Shown piece by piece: positions 1-9,095 of a DNA stretch of 26,052 nt. The stretch is from Candidatus Jordarchaeia archaeon (lineage in GTDB: Archaea > Asgardarchaeota > Jordiarchaeia > Jordiarchaeales > Jordiarchaeaceae): NCBI GenBank assembly GCA_029856435.1, contig JAHQXB010000126.1, positions 1-26,052 on the forward strand, written 5' to 3'. Under the pieces are notes generated by a model that worked only from the letters and a program-made list of their open reading frames with translations, had not been told where the DNA came from and made no database searches. The translations under genes and the position numbers were made by a program. The first letter of the stretch is position 1. Every line of letters starts with the position of its first letter.

Positions 1-448
1 GCGGGGAACCATCCGAAGAAGCCCAAAAGACAGAACCAAGAGATGAGGAAAAAATCCAAGACAACGGCAGAACAAAACAGGGCCAAGAGAAACATTGAAC
101 CAGAAAAAGCAGAAAGAATCTTCGGGAGACGCGAATTAATGTCAGGCACGCGACGAAAAGGGATATGGACATGAAAGAGGAATACGAGAAGAATCTTCCC
201 CTATTTTCCCATTTTTTTATTGTTAACTACAAAATTTGCAAGCAAAATTTTTCCACTCTCTCACAAAACTGTAGCACCATTCGCCCCAATTTTTATTCCC
301 GCTATTTCTCGAAAAGCATTTCTGATGATACTAAAAAATCCACAGTACCAATCCCTTGAAAAAATTGAACCTAAGAACCTTGCGACAGGCTGCAGGAAAA
401 AGGCAACTTGAAAAATGACTCCCCGGGAAACACGCGTTTAGGTGGTGC

Positions 449-1186
449 TCAATATTTTATGCTTCTCAGGAATTTTTCTTTGCCACCAACTTCTTTCAGC
501 GTGATTTTCATAGAGTTGTCTTTTATTTCTATTATGAAGTAGGCTTGTGGTATTCTGGCTCTCACATATCCGGTGCATGCGGTTCCACAAGTTATTACCA
601 TTAGGTTTTCCAGTTGCCAGGTGTAGGGCACGTGTCTATGTCCGCAGAGTGCCAAGTTAACCTTGTTGGACACCAGTGTCGCCAACACGTCTCCAGCGTC
701 AATGAGCTCGTTTCTCTCCATGCCTGTTCCCGGAACCGGGATTAAATGGTGATGCACTAGGACTATTCGGAAATCTTTCTTTTCCACTTTTCCAAGGTTC
801 CTGTTGAGCCAGAGATATCTGTCTCTTCCAAGGTAGCCCTCATCATTGTCTGGAAGGGTACTATCCACACCCACAACGGTCACGTTTCCCAAATCCAAGA
901 CCTGATTTGCCTCGCCAAAATACTCCTCAAAGTAGATGTAGCCAGTAGACCTAGTATCATGATTACCAGGAATCACAACGGTCCTGGCCTTAAACTTTTC
1001 AACATAGTTCTTGGCCTGCCTGTACTCCCTCTCAAAGCCGGAATTAGTAAGGTCACCAGTTAAGGCAACCAAATCCGGAGACAAACTATTAACCTCATCA
1101 ATACATGTTTCAAGCTTCTCAGGCATAAACTCGCCCGAACCCACATGTAAATCAGAAACATGGGCAATCAAAAAATCCAAAACCAA
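449..1186 (-). CDS. Calcineurin-like metallophosphoesterase (Icc/CpdA-like)
   Basis: All five metallophosphoesterase motifs occur in order: SDLH, TGD, PGNHD, VHHH, GHRH. 245-aa ORF with a TTG start after GGTGA. Confidence 0.9.
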   Translation of the reverse strand: MVLDFLIAHVSDLHVGSGEFMPEKLETCIDEVNSLSPDLVALTGDLTNSGFEREYRQAKNYVEKFKARTVVIPGNHDTRSTGYIYFEEYFGEANQVLDLGNVTVVGVDSTLPDNDEGYLGRDRYLWLNRNLGKVEKKDFRIVLVHHHLIPVPGTGMERNELIDAGDVLATLVSNKVNLALCGHRHVPYTWQLENLMVITCGTACTGYVRARIPQAYFIIEIKDNSMKITLKEVGGKEKFLRSIKY

Positions 1187-1503
1187 TCACCAACCCTTCA
1201 CAACTCCTCCAAAACCAATCATAGGTTTAATTCCCAACTTAATTTAAATTTCCCCTCACATCCAAAAAAGTGCCAAGTGTGCGATGTAAGCCTTCCATTC
1301 TATTTTCTTACACTCCTTCTGAAAGAGGATTAATTTTTCCTTAGCATCTCTCATTGTGCCCTTTTCAATAATGTAGTTTAAATCTTGGCATAAAGGTTTT
1401 AAAAGTCTTTTCAATACATGTTCGGTTGAGGGTTCATACTCTCTGGTTGAGTGTATTAAAATATTTCTGAAGTGGCCAACAGCTCCTTTCACGAATGGTT
1501 TCG

Positions 1504-2082
1504 TCACTTGATTATTACCTCCTGGCCATCTATGTCTCTCCACTTGTATATTTCCAATTGTCGGGGTACGGGTGTCTGGGGCATCTGTAGTCCGACGGTC
1601 TCCGCAACTTTTTCTGCTATGCTGAGGGACTCTTCCAAGCTCTCTGTTGTGAGGGAGACGCACTCCTCCTCAAAGACTAGCTCTTTTTCACCCCACTCTA
1701 CTCTGAAACTTTTCAGTGCGGAAAGTAACTTGGTTTCAGCCGGTTTCCACCTGAAAACTGTATAACCCTGATCTATATAAACTGCTTTTACTACTCCCAG
1801 TTTTTCCTCTATCTCCTTCAAATCGAAATGGACACTAAAAGTAACCTCGCGGTTAGGAAGCAGGACGCTTAAAACCTTGGGGACGAGCTGTTCAGGTACC
1901 TCAATAGAAAAAAAGGATTTAGAAGCTATTAGTGCAATTTCGGGGTCTGATCCTATGTATCTGGATATTGCTGTGAGTGTAGCGTTTCTTAGAACACCTT
2001 TCTGGACACCACGCCGTCTCGACACTATCCACCTGAAGGACTCATTTATTCTCTCAGGAAGGTTAATCTTTAAAACTGTCAT
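1504..2082 (-). CDS. Hypothetical protein: N-terminal ribbon-helix-helix-like segment fused to an unknown alpha/beta domain
   Basis: N-terminus MTVLKINLPERINESFRWIVSRRRGVQKGVLRNATLTAI fits the archaeal RHH pattern (strand, L-P/S-D/E, FR..G..KG..A..AI). Start placed at ATG 2082 because the upstream MVHMVHMVP is produced by a 9-bp tandem repeat. Confidence 0.65.
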   Translation of the reverse strand: MTVLKINLPERINESFRWIVSRRRGVQKGVLRNATLTAISRYIGSDPEIALIASKSFFSIEVPEQLVPKVLSVLLPNREVTFSVHFDLKEIEEKLGVVKAVYIDQGYTVFRWKPAETKLLSALKSFRVEWGEKELVFEEECVSLTTESLEESLSIAEKVAETVGLQMPQTPVPRQLEIYKWRDIDGQEVIIK

Positions 2083-2084
2083 AG

Positions 2085-2110
2085 GTACCATATGTACCAT
2101 ATGTACCATA
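2085..2110. repeat. 9-bp tandem repeat (GTACCATAT x ~2.9)
   Basis: gtaccatat gtaccatat gtaccata read directly from the sequence. Confidence 0.9.
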
Positions 2111-2130
2111 AATCTTAAACTTTATGTTAG

Positions 2131-2166
2131 TTCGATAGACACTATTAAAAATAAGATTCTATCGAA
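2131..2166. promoter_or_regulatory. Perfect 9-bp inverted repeat, candidate operator
   Basis: TTCGATAGA (2131-2139) - N18 - TCTATCGAA (2158-2166), about 50-85 bp upstream of the RHH gene. Confidence 0.4.
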
Positions 2167-2396
2167 TTTTTATCAATGCAAGAGTGCCGTAGCAAGGTTA
2201 GTTGGCGCTCATCTCTATAAGCGCACTAAACTTTTTATGCCCCTTTTTATTCGCAGGTAGTATAACTGCCAAAAATTTGAAGGTAGCAGGCTCCGGCACC
2301 GAACACTATATGCGCTTAAAAATCAAAAAATCCTGCACTTTTAAAAAATTGGCAGGGGAAGCTTTAACCCTTATTTGTGTTGTTTATGGTAATTTT

Positions 2397-3221
2397 TTAT
2401 GCTGGTTTGGTTGCTTGAACTTTTATACTAACAACTGTGTCTCCGAACTCTTTCAAAATTTCCAGAGGTAATTTTAGTTCCTCAACGGGGTAAAGGATTA
2501 GTTCAAGGGGGAGGGTGGTTTCGCCTAGGACTTTGATGTCTTGAAATCCAGCGTTTTTTATAAGCTCTAGGTATTTGTCCTTCAATTCTGCGCCTGATAC
2601 ACAGCCAATATAAGCGTTCACGTTGTTTCTTAGTGGTTCCGGAAGCTCCCTCAGCAGCACCATATCGGAAATAACGATTCGTCCCCTAGGTTTGAGTACT
2701 CTGAAGGCTTCCCTAAAAACCCTTTCTTTATCCGGCGAGAGGTTTATCACACAGTTTGAAATGATTACATCCACTGAATTATCCGCTACGGGTAGATTCT
2801 CTATTTCTCCCAGACGGAACTCCACATTCCTATAGTTTGCTTTCCTAGCATTTTCTCTTGCTTTTTCCACCATCTGTGGCGTCATATCTACACCAATAAC
2901 TTTTCCCTTCATACCAACCCTGTGGGCTGCTAGGAAACAGTCAAAACCAGCACCAGCACCTAGGTCGAGTACAGTTTCTCCTTCTTTAAGAGAAGCTAGG
3001 GCAACAGGATTGCCGCAGCCGAGGCCCAAATTTGCATCTTCAGGAACCATTCTGAGCTCCTCATCCGTGTAACCCAAAAATCTGCTAACCTCTCGGGTTA
3101 AATCACCACCTCCACAACAGGAACTCGTGGCAGGAGCACAGCAGGAACTCCTCTCCTGAACTATCTTAGCATAGCCTTCTCTAACCATCTTTTTTATTTC
3201 TTCTTTCCTATCTTCACTCAT
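2397..3221 (-). CDS. arsM: Arsenite S-adenosylmethionine methyltransferase
   Basis: SAM motif VLDLGAGAG. ArsM cysteines: N-terminal CC pairs (SSCCAP, SSCCGG), [30 protein letters not shown] precedes ATG 3221. Confidence 0.93.
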   Translation of the reverse strand: MSEDRKEEIKKMVREGYAKIVQERSSCCAPATSSCCGGGDLTREVSRFLGYTDEELRMVPEDANLGLGCGNPVALASLKEGETVLDLGAGAGFDCFLAAHRVGMKGKVIGVDMTPQMVEKARENARKANYRNVEFRLGEIENLPVADNSVDVIISNCVINLSPDKERVFREAFRVLKPRGRIVISDMVLLRELPEPLRNNVNAYIGCVSGAELKDKYLELIKNAGFQDIKVLGETTLPLELILYPVEELKLPLEILKEFGDTVVSIKVQATKPA

Positions 3222-3243
3222 TTCAACCACCTTTCTCTTAATG

Positions 3244-3504
3244 TTACGTTTCCTGACTTACTTTCAGTACCTCCTTCATTACCGGTCCAAGCATATCCTT
3301 TACCATTTCCGTTAGACTTTCAACTTTGATTAAGCCAATACAGCAAACATCCTCTCCCCTCTCAAAACTTATAACCACTAATTTATCTTGGGGTTTGATT
3401 TTGGCCTTGTCTCTGACTTCCTTGGGAAGAATCATCTGCCCTCTATCATCTATGCTTATGATTGCTTCAACTTTACAGCAGCCAACTCCACATTCTTTTT
3501 CCAT
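3244..3504 (-). CDS. Cys-rich AbrB/SpoVT-fold protein resembling the HgcAB-associated protein (HgcC) family
   Basis: 86 aa. [39 protein letters not shown] carries the AbrB signature (D.RGQ..LPKE.R), with CC pairs at residues 9-10 and 54-55. An alternative start is ATG 3534. The ORF-track extension to 3630 is probably non-coding. Confidence 0.8.
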   Translation of the reverse strand: MEKECGVGCCKVEAIISIDDRGQMILPKEVRDKAKIKPQDKLVVISFERGEDVCCIGLIKVESLTEMVKDMLGPVMKEVLKVSQET

Positions 3505-3891
3505 ACAGTATGAATTACTTGGGGTTTGAACCATTTTTACCGACCTAAAAACGGTATTGTTCCCAGCATATTTAAATTTTACTGAAAAATCAGAATTTTC
3601 AGAATAATACAATAAATAAGAACATACCAAAAAGGCGTCCCGCCCCTTCGAAATACCTGTTTTTAAGACATAAAGAGTGCACTTTCCATCAGCGAGAATT
3701 CCTACCTTTCTAAAACTCCCTCACAATCCTCAACTGTTTACCCCTACAATTGTGCAGGAGTTCAAGGCAACTCCCCTTTTTTTAACATATAAGATAATCG
3801 ACAAGACTTCGAAAATTTTTAATGTACAAAAAGACTTTTAAAATGAGAAAGGGATAACATAACAACTGACTAAGAAGTAGGAGGAACGGAG

Positions 3892-4278
3892 TTGAGTTAT
3901 AGGCCGTCGGGAGTAACAATTTTAGGCATATTAATGCTAGTCTTTGCAAGCTTCAACTTTTTCTACATGATATACACGCAGGTAATGTTTCGCTTCATAA
4001 GTATATTAAGCATTTTTCCTTTCATGGTTCCTACTAGCAGTTTGCCTCAGATTGTCGGGGTAATTATTAGTGTTCTACTTCTGGTTGATGGAATAGGCAT
4101 CCTGAGTATGGCTAGGTGGGGGTACTACACGGCACTAGTCTCCTCAATACTTCTCATAGTTGTACCCATCGCTCTGTTTCTATACACAATCATAATCTTC
4201 GACATAGTCAACATAACCCTCGGGATAGTAACACTCATCTATCTATTCGGCGATGTAAAGTACGAATATGAAATATGA
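3892..4278 (+). CDS. Small four-helix membrane protein of unknown function (RPxGVTIL N-terminus)
   Basis: AGGAGG SD then TTG start. Four hydrophobic stretches. RPSGVTILGIL opening is typical of an archaeal membrane-protein family. Confidence 0.75.
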   Translation: MSYRPSGVTILGILMLVFASFNFFYMIYTQVMFRFISILSIFPFMVPTSSLPQIVGVIISVLLLVDGIGILSMARWGYYTALVSSILLIVVPIALFLYTIIIFDIVNITLGIVTLIYLFGDVKYEYEI

Positions 4279-4618
4279 GACCCTCCCACTACGGCATTAA
4301 CTTGAATAACCTTGATTTCCCCAAGCACCATAATTGGAGTCTTCACCAAGAATGGTCGAAATAGTTAAACCTCACCCGCTATTTGATGGCGAAATACTCT
4401 CACAGACGTCATGGGACCGTCAGTTTTTTCATTTTCAACTTTTTCTCAATCTGAGCTTCCAAATTAGTTGCAAACTTATTGATACCTTGTGAATATGTGG
4501 GGATTTTAAGGGTAATAGTGGGATTTCTATGAACACTATAGCTGCGAGAAATTGCAAACTTCTAAAATATGTGCCGTTTATCCTCCCTTTTCGGCTTGCG
4601 TTAATTTTTTGGATAGAG

Positions 4619-5779
4619 TTACCTTCCGAGTATCATTACTCCGTTTAGCTGTTCCGGTCCTCCCATTCCGTGAGCTAGAGCTGTTTCAGCATCGGGTATT
4701 TGGTGTCTGCCTGCTTTTCCTGTAACTTGCATTGCAGCTTCTGCAACCCGTACTAGGGCGGTGGCTCCTATAGGGTTGGTGCATAGAACTCCCCCCGAGG
4801 GATCGCAGGGAAGATCTCCACTTCTCATAACCACACCTTCTTTAACCAAGTTTACTGCTTCTCCTTTTTCACAGAAGTCAAAGCATTCATAAAAGAGCAG
4901 TTCTTGGAATGTGAATGGGTTATAGACTTCGGCGACATCTATTTCTTTTCGGGGGTTTTTGATGCCTGCAAGCTTGTAGGCGGTTCTCGCGGCGGTTATT
5001 GCCGATTGCCAAACCACCTTGTCCCCGTCTGCAAGCCAGTACTCCTCACCACAATAGCCTAATCCCTTAACCCAAGCAGGGGTATCAGTAATTTTTCTAG
5101 CCTTATCCTGTGAGGCAAAAATAATGGCGCAGGCACCATCAGATGAGGGGCAAACGTCTAGAAGCCTGACGGGATAACAAATGATTCGAGACTTTAACAC
5201 GTCTTCAACATTTATTTTTATTTTTATGTGAGCATATGGATTGTCCAGGGCATCCGTATGGTTTCTAACTGACAGTTCCGCCGCCGCCAGGCGCACCTCC
5301 TCCTCCGACTTTCCGTAGCGGTGCATATATTCATTAGATTGAATGGCAAACGTTCCTGGGGCCCCAGCAGAGAATGGTGCCAGAAAGAATGCATCTCTGA
5401 TTGTGCGCATAGTGCCCTGAGGCTCGCCCTCATACTGCTTCTCCGCACCCACAGCTAAAACCACATCAAACATACCCGAAGCCACATGATAAAATGCAGA
5501 ATGAGCAACAGAAATACCCGTCGAACCACAGGTAGCCACCCTCATCAAAGGCTTCATAGACGCCCCCGTCGAGTCACACCCCCAATATAAATGTGGAGCA
5601 TTAACTCCCTCCATGGGTGCAGGCATAGACCCAGTAACCACGGCATCAATTTCCTCTATAGTCAGTCCAGAATCATCCAAAGCCCTCCTAACCGCAGTAT
5701 AGACCAACTCCGGAAAGCTCACGTCCAGCCTTTTACCGTGCTCAGTTTGACCCGTACCCACAACTGCTACTTTGGGCAT
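4619..5779 (-). CDS. Non-canonical thiolase-fold protein (SCP2/Ltp3-like subfamily)
   Basis: VAVVGTGQT, ATCGSTG, CPSSDGACA, EVYNPF, PSGGVLCTNPIGA and HGMGG motifs. SD GGAGGT lies 9 nt before ATG 5779. Confidence 0.88.
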   Translation of the reverse strand: MPKVAVVGTGQTEHGKRLDVSFPELVYTAVRRALDDSGLTIEEIDAVVTGSMPAPMEGVNAPHLYWGCDSTGASMKPLMRVATCGSTGISVAHSAFYHVASGMFDVVLAVGAEKQYEGEPQGTMRTIRDAFFLAPFSAGAPGTFAIQSNEYMHRYGKSEEEVRLAAAELSVRNHTDALDNPYAHIKIKINVEDVLKSRIICYPVRLLDVCPSSDGACAIIFASQDKARKITDTPAWVKGLGYCGEEYWLADGDKVVWQSAITAARTAYKLAGIKNPRKEIDVAEVYNPFTFQELLFYECFDFCEKGEAVNLVKEGVVMRSGDLPCDPSGGVLCTNPIGATALVRVAEAAMQVTGKAGRHQIPDAETALAHGMGGPEQLNGVMILGR

Positions 5780-5911
5780 TTTACACATACCTCCACACAT
5801 TCGAAGAAAAATGAAGCAATGATGGATTAAACTTGAATTTATCAAAACTTGGTATAAAGCTTTACGCAAACCATTAAAAAAAGAAAAAGTGTGGTTGTTT
5901 GAGGATTTTTC

Positions 5912-7240
5912 TTAGAATTTTTCTAGGTCTATGATTCTTTCCATTTTGAATAGTGGGGGCGGTATTTCTCCGTGTTTTGCGAGTTTAACTATTACGGGAA
6001 CTCCTAGCGATTTTTCCAGCTCGTTTGATATTCTTTTTTCCAGTTCACTGCTGGGTTCTACACCCGCAATGAGTTCGGCTTTGATTCTTAGAGCCTCTAC
6101 TTCTTTACCTGTTACCACCACATACTGGTAGTTTCCTGAAAGCTCCTTAATGGATAGGACAGCGTTCTCCACATCTTTGGGTAGTATTTCTACTCCTGCC
6201 ACATTAACAATGTCTTTTGTTCTTCCCGCCATGCCTCCCCTGAGTCTGCCGTGGGTTCGGCCGCAGCCGCAAACCTCTGGGTTATCATCGTACGAGTCCA
6301 AAATGTCACCCATACTGTACCTAACCACGGGCATACCCTCCAAGATGAGATTGTTAATTATCGCTTCGCCTCTCTCCTCAGGTGAAACTCTCTCCCCGGT
6401 GCTTGGATCCACAAGTTCTAAAGCCAGAGAATCAAACCAGACATGGTGACCTACATGTTCGGTGCATTCAAAAACACTAACAGTGCTTGTTTCAGTACCA
6501 GCGTATAGTGTGAAGACCTCTCCCTTGGGGTGAACCGCTTTGAATCGCTCCCTCATTTTGGGAACTTCTATGGGGCCTAGATCTCCTGCAACAGTTAATT
6601 TTTCAAATGGGGATTCCACTCCCTTGTCCTGGAGTAACTTACCGTAGGTTAAGGCCAAGCGAACAGGACCAATGTAACAATTGGGCTTTGTCTCGATAAT
6701 GAAATCAATCCTATCATTAATATCGATACCTATCCCGGCAGCCACGAATCCAGCTCCAATCTTCTCGCAGGCTCTACAAGCCAGTAGACCCCAGTGATAG
6801 CCACGAGCAAAGCCCATAGGATAACACTGGTAAGCTACATCCCCCGGTTTCACCCCTGCCATTACACAATCCCTTGCCAGAATGTCGACAGCTCTATCCA
6901 TATCTTCGTGACTCCAGATTTGGTATGTGGGCTTACCTGTGGTGCCGGTGCTTCCCGCAACTTCCGCAATAATTGTCCCCTCGGAAATAAATGGTCCATA
7001 GGGTGGCTTTTGCGCTTGTCCTTTTCTGAGTTCCGGCTTGCCCCAGATGGGAATTTTCTGGAGGTCGTCGTAGGTTTTGATGTCGTCTGGCTTCAATTTC
7101 GACTTTTCCATATGCTCCCTATAGAAGGGAACCTTTTCATAGCAGAGTTTAACAATATGCTGAATCTTCTTATCTCTCAGAAGTCGTAGATCCTCCATGG
7201 GCATAGTTTCAATTTCCTTATTCCAATACCGCACAGACAC
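5912..7240 (-). CDS. Phenylacetate-CoA ligase family (PaaK-like) adenylate-forming enzyme
   Basis: YWNKEIETM N-terminus, GSTGTTGKP P-loop, YAGTE, RYSMGD, CGCGRT, GRTKD and C-terminal K..RIID. Substrate not determinable. Confidence 0.9.
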   Translation of the reverse strand: MSVRYWNKEIETMPMEDLRLLRDKKIQHIVKLCYEKVPFYREHMEKSKLKPDDIKTYDDLQKIPIWGKPELRKGQAQKPPYGPFISEGTIIAEVAGSTGTTGKPTYQIWSHEDMDRAVDILARDCVMAGVKPGDVAYQCYPMGFARGYHWGLLACRACEKIGAGFVAAGIGIDINDRIDFIIETKPNCYIGPVRLALTYGKLLQDKGVESPFEKLTVAGDLGPIEVPKMRERFKAVHPKGEVFTLYAGTETSTVSVFECTEHVGHHVWFDSLALELVDPSTGERVSPEERGEAIINNLILEGMPVVRYSMGDILDSYDDNPEVCGCGRTHGRLRGGMAGRTKDIVNVAGVEILPKDVENAVLSIKELSGNYQYVVVTGKEVEALRIKAELIAGVEPSSELEKRISNELEKSLGVPVIVKLAKHGEIPPPLFKMERIIDLEKF

Positions 7241-7461
7241 CTTTCAAATCCTCCCAATAACTAATTGTTTTATATAATAATTATATAGGAATATATTTTT
7301 TTCTTCAAAAAGTCATTCGCCCCACCATGCTAAACTAGTTTGGTTTCCCACCTCCAGTAAAAAGGCAACGGGACAAGCCGATTAATTGTAGAAGGAGAAA
7401 AAAGGGAAAAAATGGCTTGAGGAGACAAATTCAACTTCTAGTTTATACATATATAAACTGG

Positions 7462-7902
7462 CTACACATAATCTTCCAAGAATAGAATTTTGAACTCCTT
7501 TTCTAAATCTGGGGGCATCTCTTTTTCCCTCTTCCTGAATATAGCTGTACTGTTTCTAATTTTTGATAATGCTAACAGGTAGCAGTCAGTTAAGGCTAAG
7601 CCGTATTGTATTTTGACTTTCGCAGCTTCCACATCTAGGTTAAAGCTGCGGTTAATATGGATTGAAGGATGTCCATTAAGCCACTCAACAAGTTTTAATG
7701 CTTTTTCCCAAAAGTTGCTAAATCCCAAGGTTTTGTAAATTCTAGCTGCAACATAACATGTTTCCGCAAGAATAACTCCAGGCAAATATACTTTCATCCT
7801 ATGGAGGGAGCCAATAAGAACCCTTGCAAGTTTATGGAATGAGCCCCTTAAGTCAATGTATTCTATAAAGACGCCAGTATCAATGGAAACCCTATCCGAC
7901 AC
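7462..7902 (-). CDS. vapC: PIN-domain VapC toxin
   Basis: IDTGVFIEY, LAET and LTDC acidic PIN residues. Overlaps the upstream antitoxin by 11 bp. Confidence 0.85.
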   Translation of the reverse strand: MSDRVSIDTGVFIEYIDLRGSFHKLARVLIGSLHRMKVYLPGVILAETCYVAARIYKTLGFSNFWEKALKLVEWLNGHPSIHINRSFNLDVEAAKVKIQYGLALTDCYLLALSKIRNSTAIFRKREKEMPPDLEKEFKILFLEDYV

Positions 7903-8137
7903 CCAGATCCCTCAAAAGTTTCTCCGCCTTGTCACTATCTGCCTTTGCTTCTCTTAAAATTTCTTCTGAAACTTCACCCACCTCTACAAACACGTCCGGT
8001 GGTTCTGGAGCCAACTCCAGTATCACCTTTTTATCCCCCACCCTAACATTAAGAATTGTGCCTGGCTTGAGACCCAACTTCTCCCTAATCTCCTTAGGAA
8101 TAACCACTTGTCCCTTTGATGACATCTTAACTTTCAT
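7892..8137 (-). CDS. vapB: AbrB/MazE-family antitoxin (VapB)
   Basis: KMSSKGQVVIPKEIREKLGLKPG AbrB signature, directly upstream of the PIN gene. Confidence 0.9.
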   Translation of the reverse strand: MKVKMSSKGQVVIPKEIREKLGLKPGTILNVRVGDKKVILELAPEPPDVFVEVGEVSEEILREAKADSDKAEKLLRDLGVG

Positions 8138-8144
8138 ATTTGAA

Positions 8145-8165
8145 AAGTAAGACTTTGACTTACTT
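8145..8165. promoter_or_regulatory. Palindromic operator of vapBC-1
   Basis: AAGTAAG-N7-CTTACTT, 7 bp upstream of the antitoxin start. Confidence 0.6.
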
Positions 8166-8807
8166 AAATCTTACCAAGAATTATGAAGAGCCCCTGCATT
8201 AGACTTACAGTCCCTCGTGAAGTGAAACACAGCCAAGGTGAGTACAGGTTTAAAGTTTTCCAAGCGTGGTGGCTGGTTTTCCTATAGACTTGTTAATTTT
8301 TTCCTTTTCGACCCCTAGAAATGTGGTTTTTTTCCGCCTTTTTTGGGGAAAGAAGCCTTAAATAGCCCCCCGGGTTAGGGAGAGGTTTATGAAAAAAATT
8401 AGTGGGAAAATCTATAATTTTGAATTGGGACATGTTGGGTCTCTCTCTTTTCTCTCCTCTAGAGGATTATCTTAGCATCTTAATTCCTGAGCGCAATTGG
8501 AATAGACTTAATTTGTATTTTTTTCCTAAATATCCTAAAAGCCCACATGAGGGTGGCGTCTTCTCGGTCAAAAGAAGATTCAAAAAGGCTTCTCTGACGA
8601 AATGGGGAAATATAAATAGAACTATTCCCTGAAAATAATTTAATTTTATAAGCCTCTTTTTTAATGGTTCACATAAAAAGTTTGTATATTGAGCATATAA
8701 TTGTTTAAACTCTGTCATATACTTATGATGCGATTTTGGGGTTTTGAGAAAGACATCTTAGAGGTGCATGGGAGATTTAGGGAACGTGTATGGTTGGCAC
8801 ATTTTTC

Positions 8808-8873
8808 TCAGTCTTGGGGTTCGTGCTTAAGATAATCAATGATAACATCTGTATCAAGCATTTTAGTTTCCAT
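8808..8873 (-). pseudogene. Truncated PIN/VapC toxin (21 codons)
   Basis: METKMLDTDVIIDYLKHEPQD-stop retains the PIN first-strand LDTD motif and lies directly downstream of an AbrB gene. Confidence 0.75.
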
Positions 8874-8884
8874 GTTTTCCACTT

Positions 8885-9088
8885 CTATCTAGCATCCTCC
8901 ATAAGGTCCTCTGTACTTTCTATATGCTCCCAAGCTCCAGCAAGTTCCTTGAGGGAGGGAACCTTGGTAAAAACAATCTTGCCCTCCTCTTCCCTAACTA
9001 TCAATTCGTCTCCGAGTTTCACATCTATTTTTTGAATCTCCATAGGAATAGTGATCTGAAATTTCTTGGTGACTTTAACCTTCAACAC
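8885..9088 (-). CDS. AbrB/MazE-family antitoxin, probably slightly truncated or degenerate
   Basis: VKVTKKFQITIP..I..DVKLGDEL AbrB signature. Reading through the TAG gives KWKTWKLK, which would overlap the toxin start as in intact pairs. Confidence 0.75.
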   Translation of the reverse strand: MLKVKVTKKFQITIPMEIQKIDVKLGDELIVREEEGKIVFTKVPSLKELAGAWEHIESTEDLMEDAR

Positions 9089-9095
9089 AAGACAC

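Noticed and set aside
1-411. Purine-rich open frames at the window start (frame 1 open to 174; ORFs 165-359 and 220-411)
   Set aside because: Possibly the tail of an upstream gene, but no frame gives a recognisable motif, and the track ORFs run through T-rich terminator-like sequence.
1256-1663. 135-aa minus ORF; its last 52 codons (TTG 1414) look protein-like
   Set aside because: The 5' half overlaps the RHH gene in another frame. The short version has no SD or motif, so it is not supportable, though not excluded.
3505-3630. N-terminal extension of the HgcC-like ORF
   Set aside because: AT-rich, contains a TATA-like TTTAAATA, and is not similar to the family start as I recall it. More likely promoter sequence.
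3757-3783. GGAGTT-N6-AACTCC hairpin plus T-run
   Set aside because: Terminator-like, but no plus-strand gene lies upstream. A 6-bp stem can occur by chance.
4410-4540. Minus-strand frame HRNPTITLKIPTYSQGINKF, faintly transaldolase-like
   Set aside because: Too short and weak, with no start or further motifs.
8180-8230. GAGCCCC...GACT-TAC-AGTC hairpin resembling IS605 ends
   Set aside because: The outer stem does not pair and there is no TCAA/TCAC at the expected distance.
8402-8718. Overlapping ORFs 8402-8632 (+) and 8467-8718 (-)
   Set aside because: No motifs and no convincing SD, and they are mutually antisense in an AT-rich spacer.
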